Source: Spirogloea muscicola
Lineage: Eukaryota
Length of the DNA: 54,240 nt
Direction: 5' to 3'
Assembly: GCA_009602725.1 (NCBI GenBank)
Contig: WELB01000032.1
Coordinates: 108,488-162,727, forward strand
Both the position numbers and the translations under genes were made by a program. Below are positions 1 through 14,300 of the stretch, piece by piece. Positions within the stretch are counted from its first letter, which is position 1, and each line of letters starts with the position of its first letter. The notes beneath the pieces are model-generated. The model searched no databases. It saw only the letters and a program-made list of their open reading frames with translations, and was not told where the DNA came from.

Positions 1-13
1 GGCGGCGGCAGCG

Positions 14-2741
14 ATGGACCCGCCGGCCAAGGCCAAGGCCGGGGGCGCCGCCGCGAAGCCCGCGCGCGCTGTCGCCTTCGCCCGCTGGGCGCTGCTGGCT
101 ATCGCCCTCCTCACCGCCGGTGCGCTGCCCGCTGCCGCCGCTGCCGCCATCAATGCTGCCGCCTTCGCGTCCGCCGCTGGGAGCTGACCGCCTTCCCCAC
201 CCGGCGGCGCCGCAGTCGTCACTTGGCCAGTGCTGCTGCCGAAGCTGCGGTCGCACAACCGGGAGCACCTGGACATCTTGCGCACGCGCGCCGCCGTTGA
301 CGAGCTCCAGCGCGCCTGCGACGCCAGCGCCCAGGTGGGCGGGCCCAACATCGCCTGCTCTGCGACCCCACCTTCCTCAGATGAGCACTCAGCAATGGCG
401 GCCGCCCGCTGACCACCCTGCGCCTGCGCCCTCGTGCAGCTCGCGGACGCGGCGCTGAAGCAGAAGGCCGAGCGCATCGAGTGGCTGGAGAACGAGCTCA
501 AGGCGTGCAAGGAGGCAGGTGCGTGTGCCGTCCGGTCCTGGCAGCCCAGCTGCGCCTCGGAGCTCGTTGCTGCATGAGCAGCGCTCTGCACATTGCTCCA
601 TGCAGTCGCTTGGAGAGCGGCGCCGCTGAGTGCGGGCAGGACGGTCGAACGCTTTCTGAAGGTTGCTGATCAGAGCTGAGATCGCTGTCTCATCATCCTT
701 GCAGTGAAGAAATGCTCGGTGGTGGAGGAGCTGCAGGCGCAGCTTGCCACCAAGGATGAGGAAGTGGAGAAGCTCAAATTTGCGTACCAGGTTTGCGCGT
801 TCTCGCTCACCACCGCCGGCGTGAATTGAGAGCCCTGTCGTGTACCCTTTGCGAGCTGGTGCTTGTCAAAGTAAGACTTGACTATGGAAGTCGAGTCAGG
901 TCAGATCAAGGTGAGGCACGTCAAGCTTGAGCCAGACATTCAGCGGGCGGCTCCCCGGTGGTGGTGGAGCGCAGGTCCTGTGGCAATCGCAGATGGCGCT
1001 GGCCAACTCATCGAACTGCAAGGAGCCCGAGGAGCCGCGCGACCTCAAGGCGTTCAAGGTGAGAAGCCACCCCCGCCAGGCTGCTGTCTGCTGCGATGGC
1101 TATGGCTATTCTGGAGCTAACACACTGGCGCTGAAGTGTCCTTCTGGTCCCACTCATCACCGCAGGACGAGAAGCACCTGCACGTGGAGAAGGTGATGGA
1201 GGCAGCCAAGGAAGCAGTCAAGGAGTGTGACAAGCTGCGGCATCGCCACGAGCAGCTTGGCAACGTGTCCGCCATCGGCTACGAGTGCAGCGCTACTGCT
1301 GGCAATCTCAAGCAGGTGCAACACCCAGGCCATATTTCACAGGTGGAACAATCTGGGAGTTGGACATGAAGTATTGTTAGGAGTAGACCCAGTGGTTGTG
1401 ATGAAGGTAAGCTGGTCGGTAATAGGGCCAGGTAGCTGCAAGAAAGGGCGACACTATGCTGCTACTGCTGCAATGATCCTGACGCCTCATGAGACCAGAC
1501 CTCAACAGTGTATCTTATTTGCTCTGGCCACGCCGTGCAGTACCTGACGTACGAGCGCCACAAGGAGTGCCCCAACGACTGGCTCTTTGTGCAGTCGCTC
1601 ATCTTTGAGAAGAACTGCTTTGTGCTGCCTCGGAGGTGAGCCAGCCCCCCTTCTTACATCGTGGCAACTGTGGGGCCGGCTTGCCAATCGGTGCATTGAG
1701 GAGCAGCGGTCCAGGAAGCTTGCTGCACGGCGCACAGCTTCCTCTCATTGCAAATCAGCAAGTTGAGTCCACATTCGGCAGGAGCTCACAGCCGTGGCTG
1801 GCTGGCAGTGGCCAATAACCCCTTGTCATTTGTCGTCCAGGCGGTGCTTTGCACCCATGCCGGAGCAGTACACCAATCCCCTGCCATTCCCCGAGTCGTT
1901 GTGGACCCAGGAGGCGCTGGTTGACACCAATGTACGGTGGGACAACCACCATCACAGCAGCTTCGCCGAGATCAACAACCGCACGATGGGCGACTGCCCC
2001 AATTGCTTCAACCTGACGCTTGAGTTCCTGCGCTGGCGCTCCAAAGCCAATGGTAGGGAAGGGGCTCCTCCTGCGCCTGCACCACTGTCGCACTTGACCA
2101 GACGCTGTGCTGGACAATCCTCTGACGGCTTTGGGTTGCTTCCCCTGAGCAAGACTGGACTGTGTCCTGGATTCTCCTCAGGAGCAATTCCGATGAAGGA
2201 CGTGGTGCGGATGAAGCGCGGCACGCTGCGCATTGGCCTGGACGTCGGCGGGCGAACTGGCAGCTTCGCAGCGCGAATGGCGCGCTGGAACATCACGATT
2301 GTGACAAGCAGCCGCAACAGGGAGACGGGGGCGCGTAATGCCAAGGGCCTGCCATACATGGAGGCGGTGGCGCTGCGGGGGCTCGTGCCGCTACACATGC
2401 CCATGAATGCGCGGCTTCCTTTCTTCGACGGCACGCTGGACATCGTGCACACGAGCAGCTCACTGAAAGGCGTGAATGTGCACGAGTTTGAGGAGCTGCT
2501 CTTCGAGTGGGACCGCATCCTGCGCCCTGCCGGCATCATCTGGATTGAGATGTTCTACCTGCCAACCAACCTCATGCCCGTATACGTGCACGTCATCGAC
2601 CTGCTTGGGTACAAGAACCTCTACTGGGAAGTGACAGCCAAGGACATGAGCATGGTGAAGAACGGCGTCCCGCACCTCTACCTCAATTGCGTCATTGAGA
2701 AGCCGCGTGAGCGGGCCCTCGCCACTGTGCCTGAGCAATGA
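14..2741 (+). CDS. Type II membrane SAM-dependent methyltransferase (At1g29790-like / Methyltransf_29-related), multi-exon
   Basis: ATG at 14 gives MDPPAKAK..RWALLAIALLTA (signal anchor), followed by coiled-coil exons. Last exon has LRIGLDVGGRTGSFAARM (SAM motif I), RLPFFDGTLDIVH and WDRILRPAGIIW. Stop at 2739-2741. GT-AG introns throughout. Confidence 0.85.
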
Positions 2742-3291
2742 CCCCCTGCTCACTCCTAGGACACCCTCTGGACCGCAGCATAGGATTTTTGTGGCATAGC
2801 GCCTCTTAGTGCAGCTGCTCTGCACCCAGCAGCGGTAGAGCCTCTAGCCTTGCACATCGCATGGCACTCTCATGCCGGGTGCCAAATGGATGATGTAGCT
2901 GATCACTGCCCTGAGGTCCTTGCTTGAGCTTCACACCCTCTCGTCAAGCTGGCTCCTGGGCGAGCCACATTTCATTTGCATCTGCAAGCTCCTGACCATG
3001 ATGTGCAAGGATGTCAGCAGGCACCCTTGCAGCAAAAAATTTAAAGCAGCATTGGGCATTCCGTCCAATACCAGAATGCCTTGCACATGTGCAGGCTACG
3101 TGCACATGAAGAGCCGCTAAGAATTGCTGCAATTCAAGGCAGACTTGAATGTTACTTTGATCGATGTTACGCACGATTTGGCACAGTGTGCAGGTTATTA
3201 GCAAGTTGAGCATATAGAAGAGAATGTGAGGCACTTGGAAACACTGGCACCGGCATAGAATTGGAGCCAATCTAACTATGAATTGCACCAT

Positions 3292-6200
3292 TCAGAAGCC
3301 ATCTGTGGCGAGCAGCCGCACGAGGGACGCAATCACTGGACTGGAGCTGATGTCCAGCGCAGGGTTGCCTATCTTGTCCGCCAGAAGCGACGCAACTCTG
3401 CCACGGAGCTCACGGATCAGGACGGCAATCCTTGCAGGCGCCTCAAACTCCATCCAGCCATCCAAAGAAATCAACTTCCTCTCGTGACGCACACCAATGT
3501 CGCCTCCTCCAAAGAGCAGGAGGCCGTAGGCGGGAACCATGCTGGTTTCCCGAATGTACACCTTGGAGGTCTTCACCTTTTCACTGGTACAAGAGGACAC
3601 ACCACAAAAATCTCAGGGCATCAACGAAGGCTTTCACTCGCATATGCATAGGACCACATAGTGGGCAAGCGGAGAAACTACAACATTCTCGAGGTGCTCT
3701 GATGAAAGATTGAAGTGCATTTGACTTCACCTGTACACAATCCACGGGCTCTCGAAGTGGCCGACACCAAAGTTTACGCTGCTCGGGTGGAGGAACACCC
3801 GTCCGTCATTCTTAGAGTACATGCGGAGCTCGTGAGCTGCAGCGTCTTTGACAACAGTGCCTCCCTCGGTCTGGGCATACGTCTTCTCTGGATGCTGCAC
3901 CCGCAGGACGTTGGGGTAGAAGCCGCCACACAGCGCCGCCTTCACCACCCTGATGCTCCTCGACTCCTTGTCCAGGACGTGGACAGCGTCACTTAAGGAA
4001 GAGGAGGAAGCCACGAGCTGTCTATGGTAGTCTTGTGGAGCAAACCCAAGATCTACGAGGACTGATGCGTAGTCGGCCCTGCTGGCCTGCATAGCCACAA
4101 GCGTCTCTCTTGACAGGAAGTTGGCGTCGCAGTAGGCCCTCTCTGCAGCCCAACCCTGGCAACCAAAACGAAGCGAACTTCCTGAGTTTCACCTTGCTTG
4201 TGCTTCACATGGCTCCACAACTTGCGCATACATGTCAAGAAGAAGCAGATAGTGGCCAAGCCCATCGCAGATTCTGATTTGAGGTAGCCACAAGGACATG
4301 AATGTGCAGAGCAGGGAGCCTTGCGTACTTGCTGCTGTGCCTCCTCCCAGCCGTCATAGCCGACGACCACAGCCATGTGGTCGCTCTTCGTACTCCCCGC
4401 TAGCTTCAGCTTTGCTGCATTCGCCTCCACTCTGTGCGCCAAGAACAGTATGCAGGAGCGTAAGAGCCCAGGGCCAGCGTGCATGAGCGAATGTCAAGTG
4501 TGACAACAATGGCCACTTGTACACAAGGAGTGCAAAAATGAACATGAAAATCATCTGAGAGATAATGTAAGTCTTTCTCCTTCTAAACGGTTTGCTTTGT
4601 CAGAAAGCTCACCTCTTGTCAAGCGGCGACAAGAAGGGAGAGCGACTCGCTAGAGCCGCAGCAATGGTAAGCACGGGGTGTAGGCAGCGGAGCATGGAGC
4701 CGAGGATCAGCATCTTGCCTACCCTTGCATCTGTCATATATTCAGTTGCAGTGGCAAGCCTGTCAACTTATGGGCACCTGGAAGGGCAACAACCTACATG
4801 CTACTTCCAAAGTGCCAATACATGCATTGGCAATGGGAGGCTGCAAACTTTGAGTGAGAGTCACACTCAGACGGCTACATCAGTCAGCTGTCAAGTGCAG
4901 TTCTGAGTGTGTACCAACGGGCATCCTTGCCAGGTGCTGGCCTAACGATGTGAGATTGTGATCGACGTCCAAAGCTTGCATGGCTTGGAGAGCACCCAGA
5001 GCTGCTGCAATGGCCTCTCTGCTTGGAGGACTAAGTGCCTGGGACAGGGTCTCCTCAATGTTGCCTCCAAGTAGCGACTTTATCTGCGTTACAGTCGTGG
5101 AAGCACAATTCCCCACAGTATTGATAAGAGCTGAATGTCATACGTGATCAAAATAATTGCACATGAAGCACAGTGAATCACCAAGAGCTCTCTTTGCGAG
5201 ATGCCAATGTCACGGTCTTTAAGCATCGTCCACCTAACATCCACACGGTGTGTTGCAGAGCTCATTGCTATGAAGACAATGACCTCTAATGGATTGCATG
5301 GTATAAGAGCTCAGAGAAGGTGCATTGCAGATACCTAAGAGAGGTAGGTACACGGTGTCTCATGACAGCTCCCTGGACGAGATTTCATATTATTCACAGA
5401 CCTACTATATATGTAATGGAAAAATATTACACGTGACAGAGCTAAGTAGATTGAATCTGATACCTGCAAGCACAAGCCCTCCAAGGACACCCTGAGGATC
5501 TCAGGCAGTTGGTGGTCATCCAGCTTCTCATACTGCCGCCGCGAGAAGAGGCGGATGCAGCAGCCCGGCTGAACGCGACCTGCCCGGCCAGCCCGCTGCC
5601 TGGCGCTGGCCTTGGAGATGAAGCACTCCTCTAGGGAAGCCAGGCCCCTGCTGTGGTCGTATCGCATCTCCTTCACTTTGCCACTGTCCACCACATAGCT
5701 GTCGCACACCACAGACTCGGCCCTGAATTGCTGCAAGTACCTCTTTCATGGGATGCCTTTCATGAGCGGCAATGGTACTCGGCAAACCTTAGGAGTCATT
5801 AATTTGACGACATGGCAAGGTGAAGTGGGGTCAGTGAGGAGCACTCACACAACATCGTCTATTGTGATGCTGGTCTCTGCTACATTGGTGGCAAGGACAA
5901 TCTTTTGCATGCCCTTGGGCGGCCTCTGGAACACCTTCTTCTGGTCTTCGCCAGCGAGAGATCCGTGCAGGGGCAGGATCCAAGCTCCACTAGGATCAAG
6001 GGCTTTGGCCAGCTTGCTACTCCTCTGCAGCGCGCCCTGCAACCTGCGAATCTCACCAACGCCAGGGAGGAAGACCAAGATGGCCCCTGCTTCGGCCCCA
6101 CCAACTGATGAGCCATGACCACCATGGCCAATTTGGACCTTGTTTGTCACAAGGCTCACTAACAGCACCTCAATCAGCTCATAATTGATCGAATCCTCGT

Positions 6201-9200
6201 CCACTATAGACAGCGACTGCATAGTGGGCAGCGAGTAGTGCTCGGCTTTGTCGTCATCTTGGTCCCATATCTCCGAGACGGGCTTCTGAGTCTGCAGATG
6301 AGGGGCTGGCTTGCCCTTCAGAGCGTGTCTGGAGCTCCTGCCTATGGTGAATCCGGTGAGTTCGAGGGCATCGTCCAGGAAGAGCTCTTGCACCGGGTGG
6401 GTGAACCCAGGAATCGTAACAAAACTTGGGTCCAATTTACGCTCGAAGCCCACAAAGTAGCCCGCAAGGACGGAGGTATCGATTGTGGCGGACATGAGTA
6501 CCAGTTGCAACGGCACTTCCGACTGACGACTGTCACACGAGATGATGAAACCCCTCAAGATCAGGCCATAATGTTCAATATGCATCAGCTTTTTGACACG
6601 GCCTTGAGGACTGATATGAGGACATCAGTGCAGACAGGCTTTGCTGAGTGTGGCAAGGCACCAGCGAGCGAGGACGCCACCTGACCGACTGCCGAGCCAG
6701 CAGCTCCCTCAGAACGATCAGCAGCAGGTCACCTTCCACGCTCCTCTCGTGGACTTCGTCAACTATGACGTGCGTGACTCCTGTAAGGTCTGGGTCAGAC
6801 AGGAGGCGCCGGAGGAGGATGCCTGTTGTGCAGAAGAGGAGACGGGTCCTGGATGACCTCCGATTCTCCAGGCGGATAGAGTATCCAACCTGGAACACAT
6901 TTTCATAAGGTTGGTTGATGAAGGTGTTCTCACAGAAGTCTCAAGAAAGTGTTCACCAAAAAGCTGTGGAAGTGAGCATGTACTCTAGCCAGCCATGCAG
7001 CCTATGCAGAAGGCCTCTGCGTTATAGTCAATCAAATACCAAGTTCACAGAGGTGCAACATAGGCCAAACTCTTCCAAATTGAAAAGTTGAACCGACTTG
7101 AACCCCAGTGAATAGAAGAAAGAGGCGTAATTTAATGTGGTCACGACCTACTTGAGTAGCCAAGGAGCCAGGCCCTTACCGTCCTGCCGACTGGCTCCCC
7201 CCGCTCTTGGGAGACTCTGTCCGCCACGCCAACTGCAGATAGACGACGTGGTTGAGTGCAGACAATGTTGCAGGAGGCCCCACCACCCTGCTCAATGGCG
7301 TTCTCCAGAATGTACTGCGGGACCTGTCGGACATTGGCAGAGCATCGCATGGAGTTCCAGCATCATAAAACTTTGCATTGGAGTGAATCACTGCTCAGAA
7401 GCACTACTGTCAGAATCAGTATCCGCCGGTGCTCAAGGTCAAGCAATCATGCAGCTTTCAATGCTGGAGTTCTAACAGGCAGGCCACCAACCTGTGTACT
7501 CTTGCCACACCCTGTCTGACCACAGATGATGGTGACAAGCCCAGCTTCCACCGCCTGTATAACAGCGCTCCGCTCCTTCACGGCTGGCAGCTTCGCACGC
7601 TGAGCACGAAGACTTGCATGCCTGGGGGCCGACATCCACGTCTCCCACTCCAACTATGACAACACGAGCAACAGGAAAGGGCCTAGTCATCAAAAAGTCA
7701 ACGAGCACAGGTCCTCAAGCACTCATTACTGGTCAAAGCATGCACACCCTGTCTGCACTGCGCTGCTGCATACCTTCAGCCTTTCGCTTTCCTTTCTTGT
7801 TGCATGCTCGGATGCTGCTAATGGTGTTGCCTTGGTCCTTCTGATGGCCGAAGCTGGCTTCTCAAAGTCGCATTCTGCAGCAGGAGGGCCTCCCTGTGCC
7901 CCTGGCCCTGATGCTTCGGATCTGCTGATTGAAGGTACTCTTGCAGCAATTGAGACAGCCCTGCTCGCTTCATCAGCCCTCTGAGAGGCTCTAGCAAGGA
8001 GGCTGGGTATCTCGTCCACAGCGTAGCAAGCCAGCTCATACAGCATGCAGCTGCCGACCAGCTCGCGCGAACGCGCGGCTGTAAGTCTTGTGAGCTCCAG
8101 TGCAAATGAGGGTAGCCAGCCTCCACCTTGAAAGCCAAGGACTGGTGTGCTCATAGGGTACTCTTGGCCGCAGAAAAGCTGTGCATACCAATAGCCCAGA
8201 AGGAGCAGAGCAGCCATCAGCGCACAGAGACTCAGCCTTACTTTGTCCATGTAGATGGCGACAATGAAGTGACTCAGTCAAGGAACGCGGAGCACAAGAC
8301 ATCTTATCCTGCACTCAGAGCTCGTACTACGTAGTCCTAACATATTGACACGGCTTTGTCACTGGGACTTGTGCCTTGTACCTACCTCCAGTATCACCCT
8401 CTCTGTCAGGCCGTCAATGTCTGGGAGCACGAGGGAGATTGAAGACACAGACGGGAAACTAATATCGCGCCCATAGATGGCCTTCACCGCCAGCTTTTCC
8501 TCCTCCCTGAGCTCAGCCAGGTCCTCGCTTGTCAAGGAATGGGTCACTTGACAATGTTGTTCCCCGATATCCACGTACTTGTGGAAAAGCTGATACAAGG
8601 CTTGCTCTTTGTCTCCACCATGAGCTGCCAAAGTCTCTCTGCAGATTGACAGAGCAACTCCATGAGATACCAAGCTACAGTCAAAGACTATGACACTTTC
8701 ATTTAGAATTGAGGAGACTGCTACATTGTGCTCTTCCGATCAGCGGCAACGCAGCACATCATAGGGCCAACTCAACACAGGGATCCCTCCATGGCACTCA
8801 CCTGCAAGATTCTAAAGGGTAGCCGTATGCATGAAGGTGAGCGGCAGCTCTTGCATGTGCATCTCCAAGCCCTCCGGACCGGGCAGCCCTCTGCTGGCCA
8901 CGCCGGAGGACCTGCACAGCGGCCTGCGAGGAGTCTGGAGCAAAATGGGCAGGCAGGTCGGCCTCGGCGACATTGAGGACCAGCCAGTCCAGAGCTGACG
9001 GGAGGTCTGCGCGCTCCTTTGCGGCTTGCTCAGCGTCCCTCTTCGTGAAGCCCATCTGCAGGAGAACGGCCTCCAACTCAGCCCGACTACGTACATCCTT
9101 CGCTCCAGAAGCGGCTGTTGGCTTGTAAGTGGACGAGGCTTGACTTTCTTGGCCAGCTGCATCAAAGACATCGACAGGCCGTTCCCAAGCGTCCTCTGAG

Positions 9201-10915
9201 CTGTCGCTCGCCTCCGCAGTCTGACCGCTGTCGCCAGCAACATACTCTGAGCTCTTATACAGGCTCTGGTCCTCGACACCTTCTGCCATGTCACTGTCAC
9301 TGGGCCCATCAGATAGTTCTTCACTGCTTCCCTCAGCTTCTGGTGCAGCTTCTCCGTTTGCTGTGCCTGCCTCGACCCTAAGCAAGCTCTCGACCAAGCG
9401 CCGATTACTCTCGCTCATGAAGACCGGCTGCAGTTCCTGCTTAGGCTGGCGCAGCCTGCGCAGCTTTTTCTGGTGCTCCTCTTTCTCCTTCTGCCTCTTC
9501 TGGCGTGCTTTCCTCTCCTCTGCAGCCTCGTCCAGCTCCTTCCACTGCTGCCGAAATTCAGCCGGTAGCACGCGATCGAGCCTGTTTGAGTACAACATAA
9601 TCAATGTAGTGGTTATAAGCTCAAGCACTCTACTACCCTATAAAAGCAGTCACACTTACATAGTCACACGTTCTTTTCATATCTATGCACGATGATAGAG
9701 CAGAAAAGCACCAAGCAGATCAACAACATCTGTTGTTGCGTACGCGCAAGTAGTGAAACTACGACCAGAGACAATAGAGACACATTCTATGCACGTTGTA
9801 TAGTTGCAATACTCCACCGAATTTATGCTTCCGTGCTATTTGACAAGCTCATTGTGACTGATCAAATATCGAACCTGCGGTCCCCAAGCACCCAGTGGAG
9901 GCCCATGACTGCAGCCCGCTGCTGCGCTTCGAGCCCAGTCAGCGCAGCTCTTTCTCGGTACCAGAGGACCATGTCATTCTTGCTGTCCTTGGCATCAGGT
10001 AGTACCACCCGGCAGTGGTAGCAGCCTCCTTCCACCACTATCTGACCAGGGCCACATGATGCGTGGTCAACAACAAGCGTGCTTGCTTAAGGAACTCAAT
10101 GAAGCGCACACCAGGCTCCATACTTTGCAGCGCAAGACAACTAGAATGTCCATGAAGAAACATGCAGGGCTTTAGGGTTCAAGCCCTAAACCCTAAATCG
10201 TAAACCCCAGACCTGTATTGAAGGTGTGCAGCCATACCTGGACTTGACTACATACTCACAAGGGTCAAGACAGAGTACAGCTGCACAGCCTCCTCACCTG
10301 CTTGAACCTGGCGGATGGCCGCTTGTTCTTCTGGCACCACTCGTTGAGAAGGGTCTGAGGCGACTTGACCAGATACGCCAGCTTCCCGTCGGGCCGGACG
10401 TCGCCGGCGGCCCCCAGGCTATCCCCCTGGGGGCCGCCGCCACCACCAGCAGCAGGAAGCCTAGCTGGCTGCTGGTCGTCACCTGCAGGCCCCGCTCTGT
10501 CACTCGCCGCCGCTCCATCGGCAGCTCCGGCGGTGGCGGAGGAGGCCTCCTCCTGCCCCGGCTCCTGGTCCTGGTCCGCGTGCCTGCTGCGCAGGTGCTC
10601 CTGGAAGCGGCCCCACTGCTTGAAGACGCGGTCGCAGTGCGGGCACGGCAATGGCTGCCAGAGCGCGAGCAACAGACAGGCCGCCAATAAGTCCCAGCAC
10701 ACGACTGCGGTCACAGCCGCAGAGAGGAGGCGTGTGACGAGTTGCCAATGGCCCCCACGGCGATGGGACCCGCGACGCGACGACAGCGTTCCGAGAGGCC
10801 CCGGCGGCGGCACCTCGCCCGTGTTCTTGGCGCTGGTCGGCTCGGCCTTGCCGCCGCAGCCGGCGGCGCCGGAGCCGTAGATGTGTCGCCGCGCGTTGGC
10901 CTGCGCCTTCTTCAT
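3292..10915 (-). CDS. DEAH/RHA-family ATP-dependent RNA helicase, DHX29/DHX57-like (C2H2 finger, dsRBD-like, UBA, RWD, helicase core, HA2, OB-fold), multi-exon
   Basis: Motifs [47 protein letters not shown] and [15 protein letters not shown]-like [19 protein letters not shown]-like [12 protein letters not shown], dsRBD-like [14 protein letters not shown], and C-terminal FLHPSSVN. Confidence 0.92.
10171..10207. repeat. Interstitial telomere-like repeats (TTTAGGG / CCCTAAA) in a helicase intron
   Basis: tttagggttcaagccctaaaccctaaatcgtaaaccc: plant-type telomere units in both orientations. Confidence 0.6.
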
Positions 10916-11329
10916 CGCCGCCGCCCCCGCGGCGCCCCGCTCAGCATGGCCCCGCTAGGCCTCGACGGCGCCGTCGGGGCTCCCTGCGCCGCCGCCGCNN
11001 NNNNNNNNNNNNNNNNNNNNNNNNNNNNNNNNNNNNNNNNNNNNNNNNNNNNNNNNNNNNNNNNNNNNNNNNNNNNNNNNNNNNNNNNNNNNNNNNNNNN
11101 NNNNNNNNNNNNNNNNNNNNNNNNNNNNNNNNNNNNNNNNNNNNNNNNNNNNNNNNNNNNNNNNNNNNNNNNNNNNNNNNNNNNNNNNNNNNNNNNNNNN
11201 NNNNNNNNNNNNNNNNNNNNNNNNNNNNNNNNNNNNNNNNNNNNNNNNNNNNNNNNNNNNNNNNNNNNNNNNNNNNNNNNNNNNNNNNNNNNNNNNNNNN
11301 NNNNNNNNNNNNNNNNNNNNNNNNNNNNN

Positions 11330-14300
11330 CGAGCTGCGGCGCAGCCCCTGCTGCTGCTGCTGCTGCTGCTGGCGGCGGCAGTGGCTTCGATCCTGCGGCC
11401 CGCGGCGGCCGCCGCGCACGCCGCCGGCGCCGCCGCCGCAGACGAGGACTACTACGACGACCAGGACGGCGATGCGCCGGGGGAGGGGCCCGGCGTGGAC
11501 GCCGACATGGCGGGGCTGTGGGATGAGTCCCGCTTTGACGACGCCGGCATCGAGGGCATCGATGATGACGACGACGACGATCGCGCCCTGGACGACGACA
11601 GCTTCGACGACATATACGACGACGAGGACGATATCGACGCGGCGGACGGCGACGGCGAGGGCTTCGACGTGGACGATGCTGACGTCCTGGCGCTGACCGC
11701 CCAGACCTTTGACGCGGCCATTGAGGCCCACCCGCACATTCTCGTCGAGTTTTACGCGCCGTGGTGCGGCCACTGCAAGGCCCTCGCGCCCGAGTACGCC
11801 GAGGCTGCCACCCGGCTCAAGGCGGAGGGTAGCGACATCGTGCTCGCCAAGGTGCGCTTGCTGCTGCCCGTCCGTCTCATCTTCGGGATGCTGCGGTCGG
11901 CAATGTGGGGCCCAGCATGCATCCAGGCGGTGGCGCAAGCAGTGTGCAATGTAGCTATCTCGATAGGCTTTCCTGGGATCCCATCCACTAGCAGTAAGGA
12001 CTGCATAGGAAGCTGCGGTTGTTGGGACATGGCTCCTCTGTGGCAAGTACGTACTGGTGACGATGCACACCGAATGGAGGGTATCAGAGCAAGGACGATT
12101 GCAGAATGTTGTAAATCTGACGGTGCCACTGTCCCTGACACTTGACAAGCCTAACTTAGACTAATGTGTGGCATGGTACGAGAGAGCTTGACTCCTGAGC
12201 AGTTGACAACAATCAGAGCTGCATGAGACTAGCCCACTGAAAGCAGTTGCTGAAGTGCTGCATGCCAATGCCGCAACAATCTGATGGTATGATGTACGAG
12301 CTGAGCTGACTTACATGATTCACCTCTTGCTTCTCAGATTGATGGCTCGAAGGACAACAGGCTGTCACAGCAGTATGGTGTGCAGGGCTTTCCTACGCTC
12401 TTGTTCTTCAGGAATGCACAGCACAGAGAATACAAAGGTGGAAGGACAGCGTAAGTCATGGGTACTGTGCTCGCTGAGACATTATATTCAACGCACTCTT
12501 GAGTGTCTCAATTAGCCGCTCTTCCCAAAGTTGAGTGACTGTAGACAATATATGTATGCCTCACACGAACCAGCGGTCGTGGTCGTCATTGCAGAGACGA
12601 GATCGTCACGTGGTTACAGAAAAAGACGGGCCCAGCTATCAATTCCATCTCAAGCGCTTCTGAAGTTGAAGACATCCTAGCTCACGAAGATGTTGTTGCA
12701 GTGGCCTACTTTGACAAGCTTGAGGTGCACATGCTGCAAACAGCTGGCCTCTATTGTCTACTTACTCGCCTCTGGGTTGTGCATCATGCATTTGCTGTTC
12801 TGGACTTGCATAGAGCTTGCAGGAGGATTGCATGCAATTCCGGGGAATGTACCAGAGGGATGGAAGGGCTCATAGTGACATCTCTGTAGTTATGGAACGG
12901 AGGATGATTCTCATGTCATTGTGAACTTCGCCTTTCTGGTTGTATGTAGGGCCCCGCATTTGAGGAGCTACAGACTTTGGCTCAGGATGAGGATGCAACC
13001 ACGTTTCTCCAAACGACAGACGCAGATGTGGCTGATGCGCTGGGCCTAAAGAAGTCGGAGACAAAGGCGCCAGCCTTGGCTGTCCTCAAAAAGGAGGAGG
13101 AGAAATTTGTCAAATATGGTGCGCCGTTGCCTGTCTTTCCAGCTTACCTTGACGTTCTTGTTGGAGCTTAAGTACGTGTCTAAGCAGCTTGACCAATCCT
13201 AAGTTATCGTGCAGGATGGCTACCCTTACTTGTATTACAGATGCAAGATGAATATCCTTACCTGGTCTTTAGTATCTTCTTTAGTATCACAGAGCATCGA
13301 TGTCGAATATTTGACTGTCTAGAACAAGCTTCGAGACTCCTCAATCTAAACAAGTATTTGAGCAGTGAGGATCAGATTTTGCAGTAAGGAACCATAGTAT
13401 GATTGTCCTTCTTATGATCAGCTAACAGCAGTGCCCGACAAGTTCTGATATTCAGCCAGCTGATATTTTGAGAATTTGGTATAGACGGCCACTTTGACAA
13501 GGATGAGATGGCAACCTTTGTAAAGGCAAACCGCCTTCCGCTTGTAATTACCTTCAACACGGACACAGCTTCAGCAATTTTTGATGATGATAACAGCACA
13601 CAGGTATGAGCTTGTAGTCTGCAGGCCAAAGATTGCCACAAAGCACTATGTTTCCCTGAACAATGTCAGATGCTACTTCTATGCGTTTGTGAAATACTTG
13701 GGGTTCACCTTATTATGTGTGAATATCATGTGAGTACTCACAGTAGAGATTGTATTTTAACTAATGGGTGCCAAGTGACACGAACATTGGCTTCTGTTAA
13801 TGTTTCGTAGGAAAGTCGCACCTGCATTTGGCCAGCCAAATGCACTAGTGAGGTTGTGTTTGACCTATCTTTATTGTCATACCTTTCAGTTGTTGCTCTT
13901 TGCAAGTCCAGATGACTCTGACAGGCTGCTGCCAGAGTACGAAGCAGCTGCAAAGAAGTACAAGGGCAAGGTAGGATCCTTCCATGCTTTTCTGAGTTGT
14001 TCATCAACAACCTGTGAGCCAGAAGGCGCATGAAATGCATGGGATACAGAAGCCTGTGCAATATACAACTTGCAGTCGAGAAGCACATGAGGAAGTTCAT
14101 GCAGAATGTCCAATACCTGACCTTTCTCTTCGGTTGACCTTGTTTGAGGCAGGTTATGTTTGTGCATGTGAACAACGGAGACGAGGAAGCTTCGAGGTCT
14201 GTCTTAGAATTCTTCGGGGTCACGGGGCAAGAGCTGACGGTGAAGATATCTCATGACATTGTCACCAAGTGGTGATGGGGTTATTTTTGTTTTAAAATTT

